Positions 19,623-30,100 of a stretch of 64,000 nt of DNA are shown one piece after another. The notes under the pieces were generated by a model. It saw only the letters and a list, made by a program, of their open reading frames with translations, was not told the origin of the DNA and made no database searches. The position numbers were made by a program, and so were the translations under genes. This DNA is from Kiritimatiellia bacterium (GTDB lineage: Bacteria; Verrucomicrobiota; Kiritimatiellia; RFP12; UBA1067), in contig JAFTCL010000029.1 of NCBI GenBank assembly GCA_017454745.1, forward strand, positions 23,968 through 87,967. Direction: 5' to 3'. Within the stretch, counting starts at the first letter, position 1, and every line of letters begins with the position of its first letter.

Positions 19623-22600
19623 ATGCGATTGATGTTTGGTGTGATGGCGACCGCTTTGGCGGTGTTGGCTTTGCGGGCAGAGGGAGGAAAAACGTTGCCG
19701 TTTTCGGATCGTATTTACCTGGGGTCGCGGCCTACGGTCAGCAGCGACGGCAAACAGTTCGTGTTCGAGTGGAACGAGACTTTGTGGCTGGCTTCCACTG
19801 ACGGCGGCGAGGCGGAGATTTTGTTGCCGGAAGGCATCAAAAACATCTGGCCGGTCTTCTCACCCGACAATCGGCAGGTGGCTTTTCTAAGCGACCGTGA
19901 CGGCGGCAACCGGATCTACGTGATGGAACTACAGAACCGCGGGTTGCGCCAGATCACCTATCACACCGAAGAAATCGTGCCTTACGCATGGCGTGGTAAC
20001 GAATTGCTTACGCTCTCCTACGCCAATATCGCGCACGGAAAGCAGTCCGCCCGAGTGGCGATGGTCTCGCTGGACAAACGCGCCGCCCCGCAGTTGGTGT
20101 TTGACGCGGCGGCCGGGGAGCCGTCGCTGTCGCCGGATGGTAACCGGGTATTGTTCACCCGGCGCGGCAACAACCTTTACCGAAAAGGCGTAAAATCCTC
20201 CAGCGCAGCGCAAGTGTGGCTGTTTGACAAGCCCAGCGCCAAGTTCATCCCGGTGGTGCAGCGCGACAATGAATCCCGTACCCCGTTGTGGCGCAACGAC
20301 GGCAAGAGTTTCTACTATGTTTCGGGACAGGACGGCTGCATGAACGTGTGGCTTCGGGATTTGGAGAGCGGCAAGGAACAGCAGATCACCTTTTTCAAGG
20401 ATGACTCGGTGATTCACCCGACGTTGTCGGCGGACGGAAAAACCATGGTGTTCCGGTGCGGTTTTGATTTTTACAAAATCGATCCGCGCAGTCCGGCCAA
20501 GAATCCGTATCGGATTGTGTTGACCCCGAACGTAAAATCCCAGCGCCCAGATTCGCGCCGCCGTTTCTATACCGAATGTTGGAACAACGACTCGGACGGG
20601 GACGTGACCTTCTGCGACAACGGAATGCAGATCGCCTTCACTACCGGCGGTGATCTGTTCGTGATGGACACCCAGATCCGTCAGCCGCGTTTGGTGCAGG
20701 GCGACACGCGCACCCAAGAGCGCGAATGTTTCTTCTCGCGAGACGGGAAAACGCTGTATTACCTTTCCGACCGGGGCGACGGCATTGATCTGTGGAAAGC
20801 CGAGCGCGCCGACCCGAAATTGCAGTGGTGGGAAAACTTCGAGTTCAAGAAAACCCGGTTGACCAATGACGACCAGTGCCGCGAAAATCTGCACCTCAGT
20901 CCCGACGGTACCCGTTTGGCGTGGCAGGACGAAACCGGAACCATCCGGGTCGCGGACACCAACGGTGTTGAGATCGCCCGCGGGCCCAAAGCTTCTGGCG
21001 CGGGGCAGTTCTCTTGGTCGCCGGACAACAATTGGATGGCCGCCGCCATCAATGACGCATACGGCAACAGCGATATTTGGATCTTCCCGTTGGACAAGTC
21101 GCGGGAGCCGTACAACCTTTCGCGCTGTTTCAAGGGCGATCACGCGCCCTGCTGGTCGCCGGATGGCAAGATCATCGCTTTTTGCGGGGCGCGTCCCGAC
21201 AATCCCAACCAGCACAACATTTTCTACGTTTGGCTGGATCCCAAGGAAGAGTCCAAGGAATACGCTCCGGTCAAGCGCCGGATTGCCGCGCACCGCGCAG
21301 TTTTGGAGAGTGCCGGGGAGAACAAAAACAAACCGGAGGAAAAGAAAGAAGAGCCGAAAGAAGAATCCACCGCTACCCGCGTGGTTTCCGACTCCGGATT
21401 TGTGATTGACTTCGACAATCTCTGGAAACGGGTGCATAGAATCAAAAACCGCTCGGGGGTCGATCCGTTTTTCTCGTACAACAGCCGCACCCTGTTCTTC
21501 ATCTCGGATGACGGCACCTACAAGGTAGGTATCCCAGATGCGCTCACCCCGCAGAAGCTGACCGACAAAAAAGGCCGGTTCTGCGATTTCATCAAGAAGG
21601 GCGATCGTTTGCTCTGGGTTGTGGACAACGTGCCGGCGCACTTGAACCAGAAGTTCCCGTTTGAAGCCCGTCAGGTGACCGATCTGCGCGACTATCAGGA
21701 GTTGGCTTTCTTAACCGGCTGGCGCAGGCTCCGCGATTACTTCTACGACCCGAACCTGCATGGCGCGGATTGGAACGCGGTGAAGAACAAGTACCGCGAG
21801 GCCGCCCGTTTCGCGCCGTCGATTTCGGTGTTCAGCCGCGTTATGCAGATGATGCTGGGCGAGTTGAACGCCTCGCATCTGGGGTATTATACCGGTACCT
21901 ACTACGGCAAAGAGTGGGAAAAACGCCAATCATTCCAGTCCTGGCCGATTGAGACCGGGCATCTGGGGTTGGAGTTTGACAACGCCAACATCGGAGAGGG
22001 GTGGCTGGTCAAGAGCGTCATTCCCGGCAGTCCAGCAGACCGTGACGAAGCCGACATCGCTCCGGCCGACTGTATCCTTGAGATCGATGGGCGGACGGTG
22101 CGTCCGACTGACGACCCGACGCTGTTCTTGAACGGGGCGTCCGGTCACGAGGTAATGCTTACCGTCCGTTCGCCGAATGGAAAAATCAAGCAGGTGGCGG
22201 TAAAAACCATTTCTTATTCTGCGGCGCGTAATCTCGCCAAAAAGGCGTATTCCGACGAGATGCGTCGCCGGGTACATGAAGCGTCGGACGGCAAGCTCGG
22301 CTATCTGAATGTCGAGCAGATGGATTTGAACAGCTATTACCTCTTTGAAGAGGAAATTTTCTCCGAAGGTTTTGACAAGGAGGGGATGATCATCGATGTG
22401 CGGAGCAATCCCGGCGGGTTTACCGCCGACCGGTTGATCCGGGTTCTTTGCGGCGGACGCCACTCCTACGCTGCCTACCGTAACAGCGATGCCGCCTACC
22501 TTGGCGGTTATTGGGGTGAACTGCCCGTGTTCAATAAACCGATCGTGGTGATGTGCAATGAAAACACCGGCAGCAACGGCGAGATATTTTCGCACGCGAT

Positions 22601-22907
22601 AAAAGCGTTAAAGCGCGGCAAGCTGGTCGGCGAAACTACCGGTGGTGCCGTGATTGCCACCAGTGAGCGGCGGCTGCTGGATTACGGGATGATGCGCAAC
22701 CCGCACCGCGGCTGGTTCACCATCGAGGGATTGGATATGGAAGAGTACGGCGCGGAGCCGGATGTCCGGGTACAGGACGATCCCAATTTTGAGGTGCAGG
22801 ATGTTGATGTGCAGTTGAACGTCGCGATCAAAACGCTGATGGAGGAGGTGGAGGCTTACCGTAAGGCGAATCCGCCGGTTAAGCTCCAATATTTCAACCG
22901 CAAGTAG
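19623..22907 (+). CDS. Tricorn-like protease: WD40/TolB-like beta-propellers followed by PDZ and S41 peptidase domains.
   Basis: 1094 aa with a signal peptide. Repeated propeller-blade motifs (PVFSPDNRQVAF, LSPDGTRLAW, WSPDGKIIAF). C-terminal S41 motifs DVRSNPGG and GETTGGAVIAT. Confidence 0.8.
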   Translation: MRLMFGVMATALAVLALRAEGGKTLPFSDRIYLGSRPTVSSDGKQFVFEWNETLWLASTDGGEAEILLPEGIKNIWPVFSPDNRQVAFLSDRDGGNRIYVMELQNRGLRQITYHTEEIVPYAWRGNELLTLSYANIAHGKQSARVAMVSLDKRAAPQLVFDAAAGEPSLSPDGNRVLFTRRGNNLYRKGVKSSSAAQVWLFDKPSAKFIPVVQRDNESRTPLWRNDGKSFYYVSGQDGCMNVWLRDLESGKEQQITFFKDDSVIHPTLSADGKTMVFRCGFDFYKIDPRSPAKNPYRIVLTPNVKSQRPDSRRRFYTECWNNDSDGDVTFCDNGMQIAFTTGGDLFVMDTQIRQPRLVQGDTRTQERECFFSRDGKTLYYLSDRGDGIDLWKAERADPKLQWWENFEFKKTRLTNDDQCRENLHLSPDGTRLAWQDETGTIRVADTNGVEIARGPKASGAGQFSWSPDNNWMAAAINDAYGNSDIWIFPLDKSREPYNLSRCFKGDHAPCWSPDGKIIAFCGARPDNPNQHNIFYVWLDPKEESKEYAPVKRRIAAHRAVLESAGENKNKPEEKKEEPKEESTATRVVSDSGFVIDFDNLWKRVHRIKNRSGVDPFFSYNSRTLFFISDDGTYKVGIPDALTPQKLTDKKGRFCDFIKKGDRLLWVVDNVPAHLNQKFPFEARQVTDLRDYQELAFLTGWRRLRDYFYDPNLHGADWNAVKNKYREAARFAPSISVFSRVMQMMLGELNASHLGYYTGTYYGKEWEKRQSFQSWPIETGHLGLEFDNANIGEGWLVKSVIPGSPADRDEADIAPADCILEIDGRTVRPTDDPTLFLNGASGHEVMLTVRSPNGKIKQVAVKTISYSAARNLAKKAYSDEMRRRVHEASDGKLGYLNVEQMDLNSYYLFEEEIFSEGFDKEGMIIDVRSNPGGFTADRLIRVLCGGRHSYAAYRNSDAAYLGGYWGELPVFNKPIVVMCNENTGSNGEIFSHAIKALKRGKLVGETTGGAVIATSERRLLDYGMMRNPHRGWFTIEGLDMEEYGAEPDVRVQDDPNFEVQDVDVQLNVAIKTLMEEVEAYRKANPPVKLQYFNRK

Positions 22908-22917
22908 TACGCCATCG

Positions 22918-22967
22918 GCCGTCCGTTTTATAAAGTGTTGACACTTTAGTATAAACGGACGGCCGTT
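22918..22967. terminator. Long hairpin between convergent genes (bidirectional terminator).
   Basis: Near-perfect inverted repeat CGGCCGTCCGTTTTATAAAGTG...CACTTTAGTATAAACGGACGGCCG, followed by TTTGTTCATTTTA. Confidence 0.6.
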
Positions 22968-22975
22968 TGTTCATT

Positions 22976-25900
22976 TTAGTCGCGGCGCAAGCGGTAGAAT
23001 CCGCTTGGTGCCATGTGCGGGATGACTAGAGTTTGCAACCCGGCGGGGAATTTCCCGCTTTCCAGTTCCCGCCATTCCGCGTCCGGCGATTCTGCGCTCT
23101 CCAGATGATAGAGAACGCCCGGCTGCGCCTCAAAAATTAGGTAGCCGTTGTCGCCGTCCGACCGGAAGCCGAGGATGGCGAGCGAAACGCTGTCCTCCGT
23201 GTCGGCGCTGAAAAAGGTCCAGTCCAGCCGGAGGCAGGGTTTCCCCGGATCGTTGGTCATAAATTCCAGCGTGACCGTTTCTGCGGGGGCTGAAAGGTTC
23301 GCCGGGTAACCGGTGAAACCAAAGGTTTGCGTTTCTCCGGGATTCAACCCGATCCCGTTGCCGCCGGAGTCTTGCCGTACTAGGCCGTTGTCGGGCATGG
23401 GGGCAAGACGGACGTTGTCGATGTACCAGCCTTCCGGATCGGAGTTGTTGTCTCCGCCCATCACAAAACGGAACACCACGCTCTTGCCGGCGAAACCGTT
23501 TTCTTCCGGGTAAAGTTCGGACAAGTCAAACGTCGCGGTCCGCCAGCCTTCCGTGCCGTCGCCGGAGAAACACGGGGTGCCGTCCTCCCATGGCGACGCC
23601 ATGCGGGTGCCGGAATACCACCAGCCGTAAATGGTGTGGGTGTAAGGTCCGCGCAGCTGCTTAAATGTTTCTCCGCCGTCGAGCGAATATTCAACAATCC
23701 CGCCGTCAAAGGTTCGGCTTGGGTCTTCGCTGTCGGGTTCGCCTTGAATCCAGTAATCGAACGAAAGCACCGTTCCGGGTTCCAGTTTTTCCGCATGGTG
23801 GGTGATGGAACCGTGGACACCCGCGCCGTATAAGAAATAGCGCGCGCTGTTGAGCTGGCAGTGCAGCGCGTAGGGGGCCGAGACAAAACGGTTGGTGCTG
23901 ATTTGCCACGTTTGTTTGGGTTCGTAGGAGTTCCAATCCCATTCGGCGTGGCGATCGGCGGTGATGGGGTCGAACCGCACCAGAGCCACCGTGCCGGTCA
24001 ACGCGACGTTACCGTCATTGCTGATAACGCGCTGGAACGGGATTGGCAGAGTGTCGGCGGCGGACAGGGTGGCGCGGCAGCTGAATTCATCGGCGTTCAA
24101 CAGCGGATAAACCAACCGGGTTTCGTATTCGTCCGACACCGCGCACAGACCAGAGGGGTTTTGGGCGGTGATGTAGTAACGAAGTGTCGCGCCCGGACCG
24201 AAGCCTTCGCCGAAAACGGCGGTGAAGGTGCGGCGCAAGGCGGCACTGGCGGACATCGGGGTTTCGCGCCACTCGTCTTCGTCCTTGTTACGCCAGTGCA
24301 GGGTTGGCGATACTACCGCGTGGGGATCGGTGATAAGGGCGGTTAAGGTAAGCGGGGGCGGAACGCCGCACTCGGCATCGAGCGGGCTGACGGTTATCGT
24401 CGGCGGTCCGGGAATCGCGGCGGCATCGGTCGGGTCGCAGCGGAACCCGTACTCCGTTGCCAGCGAAAAACCGTCGCCGTCAAAATCGGCTTCGGGGTCA
24501 TTCCCGGTCGACCCCAAATACCGTAACTCGTACCAGTCGGGAATCCCGTTCCCGTCCGCGTCCAGTTCTTCCGGCATATATTCCGCCACCAGACAGTGAG
24601 GAGAGTCGGCCGGGAGCGGGCCGGGGGCGGGATTGCAACCGCCGGGAGCGGCGGGAAAACGCTGTCCGTCAAGCCGCCATTCGTAAAAGCGGTAACAAGC
24701 GGAGTTGGTGGCGACGGGGTCGGGAATCTCTTCCGGAGTAAAGAGTCCCCCCGCCTCGCTCCATTGGGTCCAATCATCGAACAACGCGTCGTGGGTGCTG
24801 ACCGTCAACCGGTATTCGGTGTCCGACTGCCATTGGACGGAGGAATGGGTATCGAGCCGGAAGGTGAATTCGGCTTCGCTGCCGGATGGGGCGGAACCGA
24901 TTCCGAAATGGTTGGTGTAGGTATGTCGGGTGTCGTCGGCGGTGTAAACCACACCCGCGCTGCGCACGGAGAACACGGTGCCGGACGGTGCTTCGTGGGA
25001 ACCGTAATCCGGCACCGGCGAGCCAAGTTCGTACGGCGATCCGGTGACCGTCAGCGTCATCCGTTCGCCCGACCAGAAAACGCATTCGCCTTCGGACGGG
25101 AATGCGGCGGCGAGTCCAGAGATGGTGGCGGCGGTGATGCGGTAGCGGATTTCGGTATGCGCGGGCTGGGCGGGGATGGCGGCTTCGAATAACGCGCTGC
25201 CGGGATGATTGGTCATGGCCAAACTATGCACGCCATCGCCTGCGTCCCACTCCAGCCGTACCGTGTCGGGAGCGTACAGTCCGCACGGGCCGAGGGTGCA
25301 AACCACAGGATATTCCGCCACATCGTCAAACTGGTTGGGTAGCGGGGTGTGGCTGATAACGGTCGGGGTGAGGTTGATCGCCGGGAAAAGCGGGGTGGCG
25401 GGGTCGCCGAACAGCGTGAGTTCGAGATACACCCACCGCCAGTAGTTGAAAACGTTGCAGTTGCCGAGGATTTTCCGGCGGGAACATTCGTTAGCCTCGC
25501 CGATGGTGGCGGCTTCGCCATCGAATATTTTTTCCCAGAACACGCGTTGTGTGTAGGGCGACGGTCCGCCGAGCGAGTTGCTGAAAAACCAGCCGTTGCG
25601 GGTATTCATCACGGCGGCAAAGGCGGCGTTGGTGGCGGACACCAGTTGTTCGGCGTAGCAATGCGGGTTGTCGAACGCGCCGGAATTGCAGGCGATGGAA
25701 TAGACCAAGAACGGCAGGGAGTTGGTCAGCGTTTGGAAGGGATTGTTTGCGCCGTTGCTTTGCACGGAGATTTTCATCGCGCTGTACAGCGAGCCGTGAC
25801 CGAAGTTGTTGACCGCCGCCGGGCTTTGGTTGAGCAAGTTTTGGGTATCCTCCGCCGTGAATAAACCGTTGGTGCCGTCGTACAGCGTGACCGTGTCGAA

Positions 25901-27142
25901 TATGTCGCGGTAGCGGCCGCCGATGAACCCGCTGGTAGTGTAGCTCTGTTCCGATCCGCCCAGCCGCAGCAATTCCATAAACCCGTCGGAATAGGTGAAG
26001 CTGCCGGCGTCGATCTTTTCTCCGATGAACGCCGCGCCACGTAGTGCCTCCGCGGCGGCGGACTCGTAGGCAAGCGTCTTGCGCACCATCAGCGCGAATC
26101 CGTCGGCATCCGCCACCGGGAACCGTCCTACGAACAATTCCGACAACAGGTCAATGTCGCCGCCGTCTGGGCCGTCGTTAAGTTCGCCGTACACGCCGTT
26201 GCCGTTACCGTCCATAGAGCCGTCGAGACATCCGTAGTAAATCTGGTCGGATGGGATCTGGGCGGAACTGGTGGTGGTCATGACGGTGAAAGACAAAGGG
26301 AATTTTGGCGTCGGAATCCAATCGTGGTTGCCGACCAGCAGCAGGTAACGCGGCTGCCAGTGGTCGCGGGCGTCTTTGAGGAAATTCCTGATTTTGGTCG
26401 GCTGACCGATGCCGTTATAGTTGCCGGAAATCCATTCGGTGGTGACGGTTTTGGCGCGGTGGCCTTGGCGTTCGCGGGCGGCGATTAAGGTTTGCAACGG
26501 TACGGCGGCGGATTCCGATTCCAAAATCGCGCTTGGCCCGATCAACAGATAGTCGAATGTGTCCGTCTCCAGCGGTGACGCGGCGGCATCCAGTTTAACC
26601 GCGTGGTGCGGGCGGCTTTGCAGGGTAAGGGTTACCTTCCACGTTTCCGATCCGGTTATGCAGCGTTGAAGCGGCAGGTAACGGACCGGGTGCAATCGCA
26701 CCGTGGCCAGATTGCGTTCGCCGTCGCGGTCGGTTCGGAATGTCGCAATTGGGGTAGGGGGCCATGGTCGGTCGGACGTTTCGATTTCCGGACGCATTTC
26801 GACGGCGGCCGGCGCGGAATCGCCGGGGCGCACTGCGGGTTGGCCGCAGACGGGCGGCGCGGACAACGCCGCCACGTATGGCGCAAGCGGTTCTGCCGTG
26901 GCGGCAACCGCCACCGTGCCGGAGGGGATTTCGATCTGCACGCTGGCGGCGGGAAGCAATGGTTCGCCGGGCGCGGCGTCATTTGGGCAACAGGGTAAAT
27001 CGATTGCCGTATTGCCGTTGGCGGTTACGGTTAAGCGCGGGCGCGGGAAAGATACGGTTTTACTGACGCAAAAAGTTGCCTCGGCGGCATTGAGTGTTAC
27101 CGCCGAGGTCAGTAAAAATATGCAAACGCGCCACGGCATCAC
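22976..27142 (-). CDS. Secreted peptidase C25 (gingipain-like, clan CD) family protein with a long C-terminal extension.
   Basis: Signal peptide MMPWRVCIFLLTSAVTLNA. His and Cys catalytic contexts NFGHGSLYS and YSIACNSGAF matching the C25 dyad environment. 1388 aa. Confidence 0.6.
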   Translation of the reverse strand: MMPWRVCIFLLTSAVTLNAAEATFCVSKTVSFPRPRLTVTANGNTAIDLPCCPNDAAPGEPLLPAASVQIEIPSGTVAVAATAEPLAPYVAALSAPPVCGQPAVRPGDSAPAAVEMRPEIETSDRPWPPTPIATFRTDRDGERNLATVRLHPVRYLPLQRCITGSETWKVTLTLQSRPHHAVKLDAAASPLETDTFDYLLIGPSAILESESAAVPLQTLIAARERQGHRAKTVTTEWISGNYNGIGQPTKIRNFLKDARDHWQPRYLLLVGNHDWIPTPKFPLSFTVMTTTSSAQIPSDQIYYGCLDGSMDGNGNGVYGELNDGPDGGDIDLLSELFVGRFPVADADGFALMVRKTLAYESAAAEALRGAAFIGEKIDAGSFTYSDGFMELLRLGGSEQSYTTSGFIGGRYRDIFDTVTLYDGTNGLFTAEDTQNLLNQSPAAVNNFGHGSLYSAMKISVQSNGANNPFQTLTNSLPFLVYSIACNSGAFDNPHCYAEQLVSATNAAFAAVMNTRNGWFFSNSLGGPSPYTQRVFWEKIFDGEAATIGEANECSRRKILGNCNVFNYWRWVYLELTLFGDPATPLFPAINLTPTVISHTPLPNQFDDVAEYPVVCTLGPCGLYAPDTVRLEWDAGDGVHSLAMTNHPGSALFEAAIPAQPAHTEIRYRITAATISGLAAAFPSEGECVFWSGERMTLTVTGSPYELGSPVPDYGSHEAPSGTVFSVRSAGVVYTADDTRHTYTNHFGIGSAPSGSEAEFTFRLDTHSSVQWQSDTEYRLTVSTHDALFDDWTQWSEAGGLFTPEEIPDPVATNSACYRFYEWRLDGQRFPAAPGGCNPAPGPLPADSPHCLVAEYMPEELDADGNGIPDWYELRYLGSTGNDPEADFDGDGFSLATEYGFRCDPTDAAAIPGPPTITVSPLDAECGVPPPLTLTALITDPHAVVSPTLHWRNKDEDEWRETPMSASAALRRTFTAVFGEGFGPGATLRYYITAQNPSGLCAVSDEYETRLVYPLLNADEFSCRATLSAADTLPIPFQRVISNDGNVALTGTVALVRFDPITADRHAEWDWNSYEPKQTWQISTNRFVSAPYALHCQLNSARYFLYGAGVHGSITHHAEKLEPGTVLSFDYWIQGEPDSEDPSRTFDGGIVEYSLDGGETFKQLRGPYTHTIYGWWYSGTRMASPWEDGTPCFSGDGTEGWRTATFDLSELYPEENGFAGKSVVFRFVMGGDNNSDPEGWYIDNVRLAPMPDNGLVRQDSGGNGIGLNPGETQTFGFTGYPANLSAPAETVTLEFMTNDPGKPCLRLDWTFFSADTEDSVSLAILGFRSDGDNGYLIFEAQPGVLYHLESAESPDAEWRELESGKFPAGLQTLVIPHMAPSGFYRLRRD

Positions 27143-27144
27143 CG

Positions 27145-30100
27145 TTACCTGATGAGGAACTTCGTCCCGGAGTCAAAGTAGATGCCGTCGTCACGCACCA
27201 TTAGGAAGTATCCGCGGCGGCGCATGGCGGCCGAATTTACGAAATTGACCCCCTCCGGTTTTTCCGCCCACTTGTAAAGGCAGGAAGTGGTAAATTCGGT
27301 ACGGTCACCAATATCCACCGTCACGGTAGCGCCTTCGAAGAAGGTGATCGTTTGGCCTTCACTTTCATCGAAGGTTTCGGTGAATTGCGACAGATCCAAC
27401 ATCGGTTCGAGGTGGTTCTCGTCGCCCAGTTGCACCAAAGGACGCAGGTTGAATCCATCTTCGCTTTCGGATTCCAACGGCGGGGTATAGCTGTCGAACA
27501 CCACAATCGGCGAGGGCGATGCGTTAAGTTCACGGAACTTTGATCCGGGGTGGAATGTCAGCGATTTGACCGGCGACAGGATTCCGGTGTTTTGCCAGTA
27601 ACGACCGTAAACCTCCACAACGCAATTGCTCGCCGACGGTTTGGAGATGTGGGTCTGGAACCAGCCGTTCGTAGCAATGACGATTTTCCCTTCGCCGTAG
27701 TAAGACATGTTGCCGGCGAAGATGCGGGCATCGCCATTGCCATCGTATGTAACAGTGTTTCCGCCCATCGTCATGGTGTTTGCGCTGTAGTTGTAGAAAA
27801 ACATACCCATGTTGCCGCCGGCATACACCGTGGCATTCGTGGCGAGTGTCACGTTGCGCAGGAACGACGTACCGGTGTTTTGCGCATACGCCGTGGCCAC
27901 GTTGATTTCCGCGGTACTGATAAGTGCGCCCGTATCGTCCGGACCCGTGCCCGAAATGGTGTAGTCGTAGTCGTGGTACGTGCGTCCGTTGAGGTCGAAC
28001 TGCGCACCTTCCTCCACCACGATGCGCGAATACGCCTCACCGCATGTCGCGCCGGACGCTTTCTTAACCAAGCCGTCCTCCACCACCATTGAGGTGATGC
28101 CGTTTCCGCCAAAAGTGTTCACCTTCGACATCGTAAGCACGCCCTTGCCTGTTTTGTGTATCCGGAGACCCATGCCGTCAAAGAAATAGTTTTGGGTGCT
28201 ACCTAGTACAATGTTGGAAATGTCGCAATCTTCACCTTCGGGAACGTCAATCGTCAAATGGCTTTCCGGGCTGACTGTAGCTTCGTCAACCAAAATCCAG
28301 GCATAGTATCGGCCAAAAATGAAAGAGTGGGTTCCGGCATTTAGTGTTTTTTGGTAGATCGGCGACGAATTACCCTGTGGGTAAGGTTTTACATCAAGAT
28401 GTTTTACAACGCTATTGGCTGAGTCGATTCCACAATCCACCCCATATTCCGCATAATTGGAATCGTACTTCGCATACCTGAATCTGATGTAGCAGACACC
28501 AGTGCGTGCGACCGTGAACAGGGTGGTTGCGCCGGCGGTGTCATTCGGAGATCCGATTACGCACCAGTGGTTCCCGGCAAATGGCTTGTCCTTGCATGTG
28601 TTTGCCGTCACGCCATTTCCGTTGGCCGTGACCGTCTCGTTGCCGGAACCGAATGCCCATCCTGTACTGCCATTCTCAAAACCGCCGTTTGCAATGAGAT
28701 TACCTGCGGTGATGCGTCCGGTTCCCTGCGGTTTGTGGATCTTGAGGTTCCAACCCATAAGGTATATTGTTTTGCCGTTCATGTCGAAGTCGATTGCTCG
28801 CCAGTCCGCGTCGCCAGAAAGCGTTATGTCGTTTTGCAGCAAGACAATCGCATTGGCGGCGGCGATTTCATCGGTGTGTTGTGCGAGAGCCTGAAACTCG
28901 GCGTTATCCGCGAAGAGCACCTTCATGTAGTCCATTCCAAGTGTCCACTCGCCTACGTATGGGTTCAATTCTTCGTCGTAGAACTTCCATCCGTCGCTTG
29001 CGATGTCATATTTGACGAACGAAGGCACCTTGCCGGGAAGCACGTAAAGGCCTTCGGGTTTTGCCCACAGACCAAGCCGATCCTTGTTGGCACCGTCAAT
29101 GACAAACGTTGCAGTGGACATTTCCGGCCAAGCCACCAACAGGGTACTGCCCGCAAATTCGCGTGTTCCAAGATTGACCGTAATGGTGGATCCGGCATAA
29201 AACGTCGTATTCGAACCGTCGAAGACATCGCTTAATTGCGAGAGGTCGAACTCCGCCTCAAGGTGAGTGGCATCGCAGAGCTGGACCGGTTGGGTGGTCA
29301 GGGTGCAGGTGCCGTTAGCCTCGCATAGGACAGCGGGTTTATATTTTCCGGTAATAACCGTCGTGGGTATGCTGCCGGAACCGGCGGTGTCGGACAAAAC
29401 GAGTTGCGCCCCCTCCTCGAACATCAGCGACTTAATGGTGGAAAAGCCGCCATTGTCCATGGTAAGACGTCCAAAAATCGTCACATCGCTGTCGGGGGCG
29501 GACGAATTGTGGCCGTAGAACGAAAAGTCCGTGCCTTTGGGTATTACGACGTTGCCTGCGCCACTGTAGGTGACGTTGCCGGCATAAACCGTCGGGGCGG
29601 AGTATGTCAACGTATGGCTGTTCAACGTCGTCGTGGTTGCGGCCCAGTTTCCGTTCTTTAGGTTGAGCGGTTGGGAACCTCCGATTACGGCGTTCGTGGC
29701 AAACGTGATGTTCCGCACGGCGAACGCCGCATTAGCCACATCAGGCACTTCCGTGTTGTTCACGATCGCGCCGAGTCCGTCTGGACCCGAACCGGCGATG
29801 TTGAAATCGTAGCTCGCGCTGCTGTCCGTCCCGCCGACATCGAACTGCGCGCCATCATTCACGACAATGCGCGAATTCTGTCCGCCGGCAGTCATGCCGG
29901 GGGCTTTCATTACAAGACCCTCTTCAACCACAAGGGATATCGCGCCGTCCGCCTGGGTAGCCATCGTCCACGCCTTGTTCAGGAGAAGCGTACCTTTGCC
30001 AGTCTTGTGGATTTCCAAGCCAAGACCGTAGTCGCCTTCGTAAGTCGATGTGGACGCACCGCCGAAACTCAAACTTGAAGTATCGACCTCCTCGCCCTCT